A DNA stretch of 64,000 bases from Candidatus Woesearchaeota archaeon. GTDB lineage: Archaea > Nanobdellota > Nanobdellia > Woesearchaeales > JAZDKJ01. A program made the translations under genes and the position numbers. Shown piece by piece: positions 26,473-35,671 of this stretch (within the stretch, counting starts at the first letter, position 1; every line of letters starts with the position of its first letter). The notes beneath the pieces are model-generated. The model saw only the letters and a list, made by a program, of their open reading frames with translations. It ran no database searches and was not told where the DNA came from. The DNA lies in assembly GCA_043803105.1 (NCBI GenBank), contig JAZDKJ010000012.1, positions 1 through 64,000 of the forward strand. Reading direction: 5' to 3'.

Positions 26473-28488
26473 ATGCCTCTTTACAAGAAAGCCTTCAGTT
26501 CTGTGATGATGGAGGTTGTTGTCCTTATCCTGGTGGTAGTTGTCATCCTAGCTTCCGGAAAATGGACTTATTCTATGGCATCCTCTCTGTTTGGCAACAA
26601 GCAAGGCACTGTGGAGAGCTTTGAGATTGTCTCAAAGAGTATGCAGGCTCTTGCCAATAGTCAGACTGTTTTTGCCTCTGACAATGCAAACCTCATGATT
26701 TTGCAGGATAGTTATGTGATTGTTGGTTTTGACAAAACTGAGCAAAAGTCTGTGAGTTCCTGCGAGAGCCGCGAGGCCCAAAAGCCTCCTGTCTGTGCTG
26801 GTAGCGCCTGCATCTGCCTTTTCAAATTTGATGCACTTGATAAGCCTGTGCAGTGCACAATCCTCTATAATGTTGACCGGGTCTTCACAATCAATTATGA
26901 TTCTGATTACAGCAGCCGTTTTAAGGTTCCTGAAGCCTATAGCTTCAACTCCCTAGGCTCACAAGCATACATTTTCAATGACAACTACAAATCATCTTTT
27001 TCCTCCACAATTCAAGGAGTGTCAAATCCTGCAGTTAGCTATTCGCATCTTTTCCTCTTTGGCAATTGCCCGAATGAGCATATTTCCAGAAGTTTTGCAG
27101 CCCATAACTTTTACATTGAGAAGTTTGTCGACGCCACGCAGAAGAAGACCTATTTCCTTGTTGCCTATGCTGATGAATTTACCATTGCGCACTCTGAGGA
27201 GATAAGAAAGAAGTTCGGCTCAAAGAGTCCTGCCGAGTACGAAAAGCTGATTTCCGAGCTTCTTGCGTCAAAAAATCCTGAGCAGGCTGTTGCAAAGTTC
27301 TCTGAGTTCAAGGCAGCTTATCCGCTCGCAAATCTTTCAAATGCAACTTACCAAAAGCTTTTGCAGTACCTTCTTCCAAAGACCTCAAAAGAGGAGTTGG
27401 CCATAGCCTTGCAGATTGTTGATGATTATCTCAAGTTCTTTCCTAATGATGACAAGACTCAGGAGATGCTCTATAATCAGGGCTTGTTTAACATGCTTCT
27501 TGATGATGTTGATGCAGCTAAGGAGTCATTTGACAAGGTTATTGAGACTAATGCCAAGTCTGAACTGGCAAAAAAGGCTGAAGACATGCTGGACGCTGTC
27601 TCAATCATAAAAGAAGATCCCGGCCTCACAGGCGAGTCAAGCCAGGCTACAATTAAGAGGTTAACTGAGGAGATTTCATCAGAAAAGGATGATTCCAAGC
27701 TCGGCGAGCTCCATTATGGGCTTGGTGTTGCTTACCTTGTCGCAAATATTAGGTCACGCTCAACCATTTATCCAAGAGATCTTGCAGTAAACGAGTTTGC
27801 TACAGTAATCTCAAAATATCCTGTAAGCGAGTATGCTGATGTTTCTTGCTACAATCTCGGCCTTGTCTACAGCTCTTTGGCTGAACAAAATGAAAAAGAC
27901 CATCAAAAGGCTTGTGAATATTTCGCTAAAGTTTACCAGGATTACCCCTTTGGCAAGTCTGTCTTTAATGAGGACTTGAGCACTCTTGCTGCTGACAAAA
28001 TCAAAAGGTTTGACTGCAATGTGGACGAGTATGATACATTTGATTCTTCTTCATATACAGAACCTGCTCCTTCTGACGTTTCAACTGATGTCTTAGACCC
28101 AAAACTTCAAGGCCTCACTCCTGAGACTGTTGAGGACGTCAAGAAATTGCAGACTGCATTGAATGCTAAGTTTGTTATTCATGAGGGCTACGCAACCACC
28201 GGCCATCTGCCTGGCTCACTTCATTATGTAGGCAAGGCAGTTGACTTTCACATCACTGGAACAAGCCTAACATATCTCGAGCAGATCGATGCAATGAATC
28301 AAGCACTCATTGGTTTAAAAATTGCAGACAACGGCTTTGGTATCTATCCTGATTGGCGTAATCCTGGCTTTCACTTCGATACCCGTGGCAAGGTTGCAAG
28401 ATGGGGCTGGCTCAGCAAGCATGAGGTCTCTTATCAGGCTGCTCTGGATTACGCAAAGGCGCATGCACCAGCAACTGCTGTTGGCTAG
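26473..28488 (+). CDS. Pilin-like N-terminus, TPR repeats and C-terminal M15-family Zn peptidase (peptidoglycan peptidase)
   Basis: KKA-FSSVMMEVVVLILVVVVIL; TPR-like motifs (LYNQG...AKESFDKVI, YNLGLVY...YQDYP); SLHYVGKAVDF (SxHxxGxAxD) and GFGIYP...FHFDTR. Confidence 0.85.
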   Translation: MPLYKKAFSSVMMEVVVLILVVVVILASGKWTYSMASSLFGNKQGTVESFEIVSKSMQALANSQTVFASDNANLMILQDSYVIVGFDKTEQKSVSSCESREAQKPPVCAGSACICLFKFDALDKPVQCTILYNVDRVFTINYDSDYSSRFKVPEAYSFNSLGSQAYIFNDNYKSSFSSTIQGVSNPAVSYSHLFLFGNCPNEHISRSFAAHNFYIEKFVDATQKKTYFLVAYADEFTIAHSEEIRKKFGSKSPAEYEKLISELLASKNPEQAVAKFSEFKAAYPLANLSNATYQKLLQYLLPKTSKEELAIALQIVDDYLKFFPNDDKTQEMLYNQGLFNMLLDDVDAAKESFDKVIETNAKSELAKKAEDMLDAVSIIKEDPGLTGESSQATIKRLTEEISSEKDDSKLGELHYGLGVAYLVANIRSRSTIYPRDLAVNEFATVISKYPVSEYADVSCYNLGLVYSSLAEQNEKDHQKACEYFAKVYQDYPFGKSVFNEDLSTLAADKIKRFDCNVDEYDTFDSSSYTEPAPSDVSTDVLDPKLQGLTPETVEDVKKLQTALNAKFVIHEGYATTGHLPGSLHYVGKAVDFHITGTSLTYLEQIDAMNQALIGLKIADNGFGIYPDWRNPGFHFDTRGKVARWGWLSKHEVSYQAALDYAKAHAPATAVG

Positions 28489-28530
28489 ACCAAAAGCTTT
28501 AATAAATGCGCTTTCTGTTTCTTGCCTTAA

Positions 28531-29589
28531 ATGAAAAAAAGAGGTTTTGGTCTTAGAGCCAGTCTTGACCCTACTCACCATCTTTATCTTGTGTTATTTG
28601 AGTTGTTTCTGGTTGCAATAGTCTTCATTGCCTTGATGTCTTATGTCAAGTCTTTGCAGGAAAATACATTGCTTGAGAAGAGCTATCTTTCAAAAGACCT
28701 GGCCTTGCTCTCAACTGCAATCTACTCCAGTCCCGGTGATGTTTTTTACGTCTACACTCATCCAAAGATTGGCTTGCAGCGCTACAATTTCATTTTCCAG
28801 CAGGGCTCTGTAATAGTTTCTGATGCATCTTCCTACAAGATTTCTTATCCTTATGGCCTAAGCCCTAAGATAAAGGCTTCTTCAATCAGCATTGACAAGC
28901 CGATTGGCATCCTTTTCTCTCTTTCCGATTCTAATCTTTACATCACTGCCTCAACCCTTGAACAAACCATCTCATGCCCTGATGTGGAAACTAAGGCTTC
29001 TGGAGATAGGATTGTTGCTATAGATCCTGGCCATGGAGTTGACACAAGGCTCTCTAGTCCGACCTCAGCCTCAGGTGCAGGCTCTGTCTTTGGCACTTTA
29101 ATCGAGCAGGACTTGACCAAAAATATTGGCTCAGCCCTCTCTTACCAGCTCAATCAGGCCGGTGTTAAAACCATCGTTACTAGTTCAGGTGACAGTTTTG
29201 TTTCAATGCAGGAGAGGCTTTCCACTGTTTCCAGGGATGATGTTTCGTTGGTCATTAGCCTGCATACAGGCAATGAATTGCCTCCATTCAACGGGATTCG
29301 CGCCTTCATCTATTCATCCTCTTCCAAGTCATTGCAGAGCGAAAAGCTTGCCTGCCTTGTTTTGAAGCAGTTTGCCCTCAAATTTCCAGCGATTACCTCT
29401 ATTGAGTTGAACAGGCTCGATGCCTCAGCACTTGAAGGTATCGATAATCCAATGCTTGTTTTGTATGGCGATAAGCCTTCTGTGCTGATCGAGATAGGTA
29501 ATCTCCAGCTTGAATCAGGCTTGTTGAAAGAACAATCACCTTCGATTGCAGAGCCTATTGTGAAGGCTATCCAGAGTTACTATGAATAA
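28531..29589 (+). CDS. Pilin-like N-terminus fused to N-acetylmuramoyl-L-alanine amidase (Amidase_3)
   Basis: IVAIDPGHG, IEQD, ISLH, PSVLIEIGNL: three Zn ligands and catalytic Glu present; MKKRG followed by a TM helix. Confidence 0.88.
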   Translation: MKKRGFGLRASLDPTHHLYLVLFELFLVAIVFIALMSYVKSLQENTLLEKSYLSKDLALLSTAIYSSPGDVFYVYTHPKIGLQRYNFIFQQGSVIVSDASSYKISYPYGLSPKIKASSISIDKPIGILFSLSDSNLYITASTLEQTISCPDVETKASGDRIVAIDPGHGVDTRLSSPTSASGAGSVFGTLIEQDLTKNIGSALSYQLNQAGVKTIVTSSGDSFVSMQERLSTVSRDDVSLVISLHTGNELPPFNGIRAFIYSSSSKSLQSEKLACLVLKQFALKFPAITSIELNRLDASALEGIDNPMLVLYGDKPSVLIEIGNLQLESGLLKEQSPSIAEPIVKAIQSYYE

Positions 29590-30217
29590 GAAGAGTGAGA
29601 TTTCAGATTACATGATTGCCTTTGTTCCTAGGTTTCTCTTTCTTGTTGTGATGCTTGTCAGCATTTATTTTCTTGTGCACACATATGTAAAGACTGAAGT
29701 TGACACCTTTGATGCAGAGTCTGCTCTGTTTGTTGACCGCCTGATTTACTCAAGGGATGGGTTATGCCAGATGTCCCAGGGCCAGGTTACTCCAGGAATT
29801 ATTGATGCTTCAAGGCTTCAATACCTTGAATCCAACCTGACCAAAAATATTGTCTATCCTGATTCACGGCACATTGCTGCAAAAGTTTCGATTAAGGATA
29901 TGGGCTCTGCTGAGCTTTTTTCTTTTTATTACAACAAGGATTGGTTTGATAGGTGGATTGTGCTCTCAAAGTACTCAGGCAGCAGCGCATCCACTGTTTC
30001 CAGGAGGAGCCTTTACTTCCTGTTGAAAGGAAAATCTGAGCTTGATAAGCTCTTGTTGAAGAACCAGATTTCCGGGCTTCAGTCCGACCCGTTGTTTGCC
30101 TCAAGCCAAGAGCTTGTGCCATTGCAGAAGCAGCTTGATGAGCTTTCCAAAAAGCCTAAAGATGATGCTATCATTCCAGTTTGGCTGGAAATTATTGTGG
30201 TGATGCCAAATAGTTAA
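29582..30217 (+). CDS. Pilin-like protein
   Basis: MNKKSE-ISDYMIAFVPRFLFLVVMLVSIYFLV. Confidence 0.7.
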   Translation: MNKKSEISDYMIAFVPRFLFLVVMLVSIYFLVHTYVKTEVDTFDAESALFVDRLIYSRDGLCQMSQGQVTPGIIDASRLQYLESNLTKNIVYPDSRHIAAKVSIKDMGSAELFSFYYNKDWFDRWIVLSKYSGSSASTVSRRSLYFLLKGKSELDKLLLKNQISGLQSDPLFASSQELVPLQKQLDELSKKPKDDAIIPVWLEIIVVMPNS

Positions 30218-30749
30218 GAGAGCTCTTCTTTCACCAAATCTTCTTGATTTTTATGCATACATAGCTTTCTGCGTAGTCCTGATCATTTTTTTCCTCCTGT
30301 TTTCAATAAGTCCGACCAAATCCATTGAAAGCATTTCCTCAAAACAGATTTCAACAGATTCTGGCCTTATCCTGATTAATCTGCTGAAGACTCCTGCCTC
30401 TCAGAGTAGCAGCGTCTCTGATATTCTGCTCACCGCGTCAGATTCTGATGATTTTAAGTCATTTGCATCATACGCAAAGCCTGTTATTGAGCAATTTGTT
30501 GCGTCTAACTTCGATGATTGCTGCTATGAGTTATCGGTTGTTAAGGCAGGCTCAGCGATTTTTGTGCTGACCACGGAAAATTGTGAGCTTTCAAAATTAA
30601 ATGAGGTCTCTGCGTCAGTCAGTGTTCCGCCGAAAGACCCGAAAAAGGCAGGCCTTGATGTTGTGCTAACCCTTTACAGGTCTTACCTTGTTGGCGGAAA
30701 CATTGGTGCTACAAGGATGCAGAGTTCAGTTTGCAAGTACAAAAAATGA
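30210..30749 (+). CDS. Pilin-like protein with probable ATA start (the track reports only 30564..30749)
   Basis: Frame open from 30204; (I)VKRA-LLSPNLLDFYAYIAFCVVLIIFFLLFSI; GGTGA 6 nt upstream of ATA. Confidence 0.65.
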   Translation: MVKRALLSPNLLDFYAYIAFCVVLIIFFLLFSISPTKSIESISSKQISTDSGLILINLLKTPASQSSSVSDILLTASDSDDFKSFASYAKPVIEQFVASNFDDCCYELSVVKAGSAIFVLTTENCELSKLNEVSASVSVPPKDPKKAGLDVVLTLYRSYLVGGNIGATRMQSSVCKYKK

Positions 30750-32908
30750 AAAAAGCCTTTGTTTTCAACATCAGCTTGGTTTTCATAACTACTATTGTGT
30801 TAATGTCCATCTTCCTTGTCCTCCAGTCCAAGAGAAGCTCTCTTGAGCTTGACAATCTTGGTTCAAGGCCTCTTGACCTTATCAGTTCTTATGAGTCAGG
30901 GGAGTCTATTAGGTTTTTCATAGAGCAGTCCTTAAGGAATAGCTTTGGACAGTCTGTTTTTGATCTGGCTTCAAACGGTGGTTTTGTAGAGTATAGCAAG
31001 TGCGGCTCTTATCTTGGTTATCAGCTCTGGCAGCCAGAATGTTTTCCAAATCTTGATTCAGAGTTCAATAAGCGTTTGCAGCTTGTTTTTGGAGACTTCT
31101 TGCTCACTTACAAGCAGGAGTTGCCTCTCTCGTATTCTTCAGCCATCGAATCTAAAGACCCCCTCAAGGTTTCTGCCTTCCCTAACACGCCAATCACCAT
31201 TGATGTCTTCACTAAGAAGCTCACCTCAGTGAAGCCTGGTTTTTGGGCTAAGCTTGTTGCAAAAATATCTGGCGCAACTTTGCCTGAGCCTTCTGATTTG
31301 AGCAAAGCCCCCAAGTTTGTTTCAAAGAATAGCAAAGGAGTAATGAACAATATCTATATTTTATACAGCAGCTCTCTTTCAAGGTACACAATTGATTATC
31401 CTCAGGTGTCAAAGTCATTGATCGCAGGCGTGATTGCTCAGGAGTCTAAAGGAGACCCATTTGCTATTGGCACTCTTGGCACCAGTGCAGGCCTGACCCA
31501 ATTTGAGCTTGCAACAGCCAAAGGTTTTCCACAGGTTTTCAAGAAATTGACTGATTGTGCGTGTTCCGGCTCTAAGTGTAAGCTTAGTGCCTTGTGCAAC
31601 CCTTCTAATGATGACAGGTTAAATCCAGATATTTCAATAAAGGGTTCTTTTGTTTACTATGCATCGCTATTAAATAGCTTTTCAAAGTTCTCTTCAGCCA
31701 CAGAGTTTGCAGTTGCTTCTTACAATGGAGGAGAGTCTGTCATCAGGAAGGCCATTTCATCAACAGGCTTGTCCAATCCTTCATGGCCACAGGTTTCTGC
31801 TGCTTTGCGGCCTGAGCTCATTACATATATATCATCTGAGTCTGCAAGGCTTCGTAAAGTCGAGATTATAAGGAACTATGTTAAGGCAGTAATGGCCTAT
31901 AAATCAGAATATGAGTTGCTTGACCAGGCTCAAAAGCAGCAGGCTTACGAAGAGAAAAAAAAGGACCTTGCTAAGACTCATGATTGCTGTTTCTGCTCGC
32001 AAAAGTGCGGTTTTGATTGCTCTCTTGTTCCTGTCCCAGAATCTCAGGCCTGTGGCCCCCTTTCTATTGGCATTGGTGTTAATTGTGATGTATCTTCTTG
32101 TTCCCTTCCGCAGACCTCCACTTCAACATACCAATTTAGGCCTGTAGTGGCTGCCTCGTCAAATTATAATCTGACAACCTACCAGCGCATCCAATACCTT
32201 CTTACCTCAAATAACGGACTCCTTGCCAATCTTGCAACCTGTTCTTCTGCCAAGCCTTTGGCAGTTTGCCTCGCTCCCTTGTCATCAGTTATGTCAGAAA
32301 AAGACCCTAGCCTAAAGTGGGGTTTTGACCTTGATTGTGATTCAAATGCAGAGATGGTTTTTGACAGGTTTGCTGAAAATCTTCTTTTGTGTTCAATGTC
32401 CGCTACAGATAATTGTGTATGTAATCTTGCAATGGACATTGGTAAGCAGATGGTCCCTGACGGCACTTTTGAAATCAAGCTCTCAAATTCTGGCTCAACC
32501 ACTGTTCTGCAGTCAGACAAGGTTAAGGACTTCACTGTACCTGTTTTATCAAGCATTTTCCTGAGGTCCATGACATCATCTGAAAAAGCAGATTTCAAAT
32601 ATGACATAAACTACAGGAAGGGTGTTTTCTACAAGGCAAGCCTTAACACTGCAAATTATGTTTCTGTTTTGGGCAAAAATGTGAGGATTGTGAAGCAGGG
32701 AAAGGCCTTGACATTTGTTGATGATGAGGTTTTTGCTGCATCATTTGCCTCAATGCCCTCTTGCACTGTTCAGAAGGATACTCTACGAGTTTGCGTCTCA
32801 AGGCTTATTTCAGGCAAGCCTGAGCAGGTTTATGCATTCAACCCATTGACAGGCAAGGTCGAGCCTCGTAACCTGGTGTATAGGTTTGCGATTAAAGCCT
32901 CTGTTTGA
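30746..32908 (+). CDS. Pilin-like protein with an inserted lytic transglycosylase (SLT/GH23) domain
   Basis: MKKA-FVFNISLVFITTIVLMSIFLVL; IAQES (catalytic Glu), GLTQ, RLNPDISI, ASYNGG, RNYVKAV. Confidence 0.88.
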   Translation: MKKAFVFNISLVFITTIVLMSIFLVLQSKRSSLELDNLGSRPLDLISSYESGESIRFFIEQSLRNSFGQSVFDLASNGGFVEYSKCGSYLGYQLWQPECFPNLDSEFNKRLQLVFGDFLLTYKQELPLSYSSAIESKDPLKVSAFPNTPITIDVFTKKLTSVKPGFWAKLVAKISGATLPEPSDLSKAPKFVSKNSKGVMNNIYILYSSSLSRYTIDYPQVSKSLIAGVIAQESKGDPFAIGTLGTSAGLTQFELATAKGFPQVFKKLTDCACSGSKCKLSALCNPSNDDRLNPDISIKGSFVYYASLLNSFSKFSSATEFAVASYNGGESVIRKAISSTGLSNPSWPQVSAALRPELITYISSESARLRKVEIIRNYVKAVMAYKSEYELLDQAQKQQAYEEKKKDLAKTHDCCFCSQKCGFDCSLVPVPESQACGPLSIGIGVNCDVSSCSLPQTSTSTYQFRPVVAASSNYNLTTYQRIQYLLTSNNGLLANLATCSSAKPLAVCLAPLSSVMSEKDPSLKWGFDLDCDSNAEMVFDRFAENLLLCSMSATDNCVCNLAMDIGKQMVPDGTFEIKLSNSGSTTVLQSDKVKDFTVPVLSSIFLRSMTSSEKADFKYDINYRKGVFYKASLNTANYVSVLGKNVRIVKQGKALTFVDDEVFAASFASMPSCTVQKDTLRVCVSRLISGKPEQVYAFNPLTGKVEPRNLVYRFAIKASV

Positions 32909-32950
32909 TTATACAAAATTATATAAATGTCTCAATAACCCTTCACTCTT

Positions 32951-33952
32951 ATGATTCAGATTCCGCTGGCAGATGTTTTGTCAAAGATCAAGGAGAAGAC
33001 CGGTCTTTCTGATGAAGAGATTAATTCCAGGATTGCATTGAAGCTAAAACAGCTCTCAGGCCTTATCTCCAGGGAGGGAGCTGCCCACATTGTTGCAAAT
33101 GAGCTCGGCGTCAAGCTTTTTGAGAATCTTTCAGGTAAGCTTCAGATAAAGAACATTCTTGCTGGCATGCGCGATGTTGAGACCATTGGCAAGGTTCTTT
33201 TTGTGAACGAGCCTCGTGAGTTCCAGTCAGAGAACCGCTCTGGCAAGGTTGGTTCCATTGTTATAGGAGATGAGACTGGTACTATTAGGATTGTCTGCTG
33301 GGGCAATCAGGCAGACAAGATGTCTTCTGTTGTTCAGGATAACATTGTCAAGATTAAGGGTGGCTATGTGCGAGAGAATAATGGCATAAAAGAGGTTCAT
33401 CTTAATGACCGTGGCCTGTTGATGGTCAACCCCAAGGGTGAGACTGTTGGCGAGGTTAAATCTCAAGCTCTTGAGAAGCCTGCCAGAAAGACAATAAAGG
33501 AACTGCAGGAGAACGATAATAATGTTGAGGTCCTCGGTACAATTGTCCAGGCCTTTGAGCCGAAGTTCTATGAGGTCTGCCCTCAGTGCAACAAGCGCCT
33601 GAAGCAGTCTGATTCAGGTTTTGTATGTGACCAGCATAGCTCTGTTGTTCCAAGTTATGCCTATGTTCTTAACCTCTTTCTTGACGACGGTACAGAGAAC
33701 ATTCGCGTTGTTTTCTTCCGCGACCAGGTTGAAAAGCTTGTCAGCAAGTCAAAGGAGCTGATGCTCTCAATGCGCGACAAACCCGAAGAGTTTGAGACTT
33801 TGAAGACAGAGCTTCTTGGGAACATCATTAAGGTCTCCGGCAGGGTTACAAAGAACCAGATGTTTGACCGCCTTGAGCTTGTCGCAAGGTCTGTTGACCC
33901 TTCCCCTAATCCTCAGGAAGAGATAGATCGCCTTAAGCCAAATGATGGCTAG
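32951..33952 (+). CDS. rpa: Replication protein A (OB folds plus zinc finger)
   Basis: GLISREGAAHIVANELGV; IGDETGTIRIVCW; CPQCNK...CDQH; LDDGTENIRVVFF. Confidence 0.88.
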   Translation: MIQIPLADVLSKIKEKTGLSDEEINSRIALKLKQLSGLISREGAAHIVANELGVKLFENLSGKLQIKNILAGMRDVETIGKVLFVNEPREFQSENRSGKVGSIVIGDETGTIRIVCWGNQADKMSSVVQDNIVKIKGGYVRENNGIKEVHLNDRGLLMVNPKGETVGEVKSQALEKPARKTIKELQENDNNVEVLGTIVQAFEPKFYEVCPQCNKRLKQSDSGFVCDQHSSVVPSYAYVLNLFLDDGTENIRVVFFRDQVEKLVSKSKELMLSMRDKPEEFETLKTELLGNIIKVSGRVTKNQMFDRLELVARSVDPSPNPQEEIDRLKPNDG

Positions 33953-34406
33953 GACCCACGCTGCCTTCGGCCTTTTGTGTGCCTTGTGTGCCTTGTTTTT
34001 CATCAGTTTCTTCAGTAAGGACATGATCATTCCAGTAGTTGCTGTCATCTTTGCTTTGGTGCCTGACATCGACACTCCAAAGTCTTTTGTTGGCAGGCGC
34101 CTCGGCCCAATTTCTTATGTCATCAATTTCCTGTTCGGTCACCGCAGGCTTTTTCATGCTGTTTGGCTCCCCACATTGCTTTTTGTTGTGTTTGCAAGAT
34201 TCAATCTGTCTGTGGCTATTGGTATTGCCATTGGTTATCTTTCCCACCTTGTGCTTGACTTGTCTAATGACCGAGGCATTCAGCCCTTATATCCATTAAG
34301 ATTTCACATAAGCGGACCATTTAAAACCGGAGGCTTTTTCGAGGTTTTGATTTTTATTGTAATTGTATCTTCTGATTTTCTCATTTTATTGAGAATCTTT
34401 GGCTAA
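33942..34406 (+). CDS. Membrane-bound metal-dependent hydrolase (YdjM-like)
   Basis: TH...PDIDTPKS...GHRRLFHA...SHLVLD. Confidence 0.85.
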   Translation: MMARTHAAFGLLCALCALFFISFFSKDMIIPVVAVIFALVPDIDTPKSFVGRRLGPISYVINFLFGHRRLFHAVWLPTLLFVVFARFNLSVAIGIAIGYLSHLVLDLSNDRGIQPLYPLRFHISGPFKTGGFFEVLIFIVIVSSDFLILLRIFG

Positions 34407-34440
34407 TCTTTATAAGATATTATTAGCATGCCAACTTATT

Positions 34441-35187
34441 ATGAAAGGTTTAATAGTTGCTGTTGGTGAAAAGGACTCTATCAGCAGAGACAGGACATCC
34501 GAAATTAGGGGGTTATCAGAGTACGCCAGTATGCCTGTTGTTAAGCATATTCTGATGAGCTTTGACAAGATAGGCGTGAATGAGACACTTTTGCTTGTGA
34601 ATCCAAATCACAAAAGGCAGTATGAACAGGCACTGTCTGGCTATAATGGTGTAAGACTAGAGGAAACAAGAATCCCTTCATCTGATGTAACCTTTTCTTA
34701 TATTGATGGTTTCGGTCGCTTAGGTACAGGAGACCACATTATTGCATCTCCTGATGATTGCCTTTTTACGTTTTCTCTTGAAGGTTTGATGAGCAGGTTC
34801 AATGGCATTGCAGATACTGGCATGGGTGTTATGGCAGTAAGAAATAAAGTTCATATTCAAGATGATAATTTTGCAGAATCTAATTACGGTTGGTGCACTG
34901 TTGACAAAGCGGGCAGGTTTACTGAAGTCAAATCTTCTTTTCATGACAAGAACAAGCCTTGGCCAGAGAACCGCGCTTTTGTGACTCTTGACCTCAGCAT
35001 AATCCATAAGGATATGATATGCTCTTTGCTGAAAGATATCCAGAAACCCAACATCCAGGGCGAGCAGCTTATCAGGAAATACTCAACACAGTTCTATGCT
35101 TGGGTAATTAACGAAGGTGCGTGGTTTGACATCGGCAAGCCCAGCTCAAGAAAGAAAGCTGAAGAGTACTTTTCTTCTTTACATTAG
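34441..35187 (+). CDS. Divergent sugar-phosphate nucleotidyltransferase-like protein
   Basis: MKGLIVAVG start, PVVKHIL, YGWCTVD, WFDIGKP; canonical GxGTR motif degenerate. Confidence 0.55.
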   Translation: MKGLIVAVGEKDSISRDRTSEIRGLSEYASMPVVKHILMSFDKIGVNETLLLVNPNHKRQYEQALSGYNGVRLEETRIPSSDVTFSYIDGFGRLGTGDHIIASPDDCLFTFSLEGLMSRFNGIADTGMGVMAVRNKVHIQDDNFAESNYGWCTVDKAGRFTEVKSSFHDKNKPWPENRAFVTLDLSIIHKDMICSLLKDIQKPNIQGEQLIRKYSTQFYAWVINEGAWFDIGKPSSRKKAEEYFSSLH

Positions 35188-35330
35188 TTGCCACTTATCC
35201 ACTGGACATTCACGCGTAGCCTATTTAAGCCATTTCCTTCTGTTATATTGCATTGACTCCAGCCCCTGGGGCCCTAGTAGCTCATAACTAAGGGGGTTTG
35301 AAACAAAACGCGAAAGCAATGGAGATTAAA

Positions 35331-35609
35331 ATGAAACAAGAAAATAAGGTGGGGCCTGAAAAAAGGTTTAGTGCTGGTGCAGTTAACGCCAACATCTGGA
35401 GAAATGAGGTCCCTAACAAGACCGCAGGAACTTCTGGGTATTATACAATAAGCTTGCAGCGAAGCTATAAGGACAAGGCTGGCAAATGGCAGAACTCTAG
35501 TTCTATGCGCATAAACGACCTGCCAAAGGCTGCTTTAGTCCTTAGTAGGTCTTACGAGTACCTGGTTCTTAAGGAGAACCAGGAAGATACTGCGGATTCT
35601 GCGTATTAG
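35331..35609 (+). CDS. Small conserved protein, possible ssDNA-binding fold
   Basis: PEKRFSAGAVNANIWRN...ISLQRSYKDKAGKWQ...NDLPKA; directly upstream of radA. Confidence 0.55.
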   Translation: MKQENKVGPEKRFSAGAVNANIWRNEVPNKTAGTSGYYTISLQRSYKDKAGKWQNSSSMRINDLPKAALVLSRSYEYLVLKENQEDTADSAY

Positions 35610-35671
35610 AGGTGAAAAAAATGACAAAAGCTTTATTAATCGCCAAGACTATCAGGCAGGAAGGTGAAGTG

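Noticed and set aside
15308-32908. Archaellum operon
   Set aside because: No recognisable archaellin N-terminal consensus and no ArlH/I/J genes
26473-32908. Prophage lysis cassette
   Set aside because: No holin, capsid, terminase or integrase; the hydrolase domains are embedded in pilin-like proteins within the operon
35260-35300. GC-rich possible hairpin upstream of the small gene before radA
   Set aside because: Pairing is short and imperfect; no tRNA or known ncRNA features, so it cannot be supported
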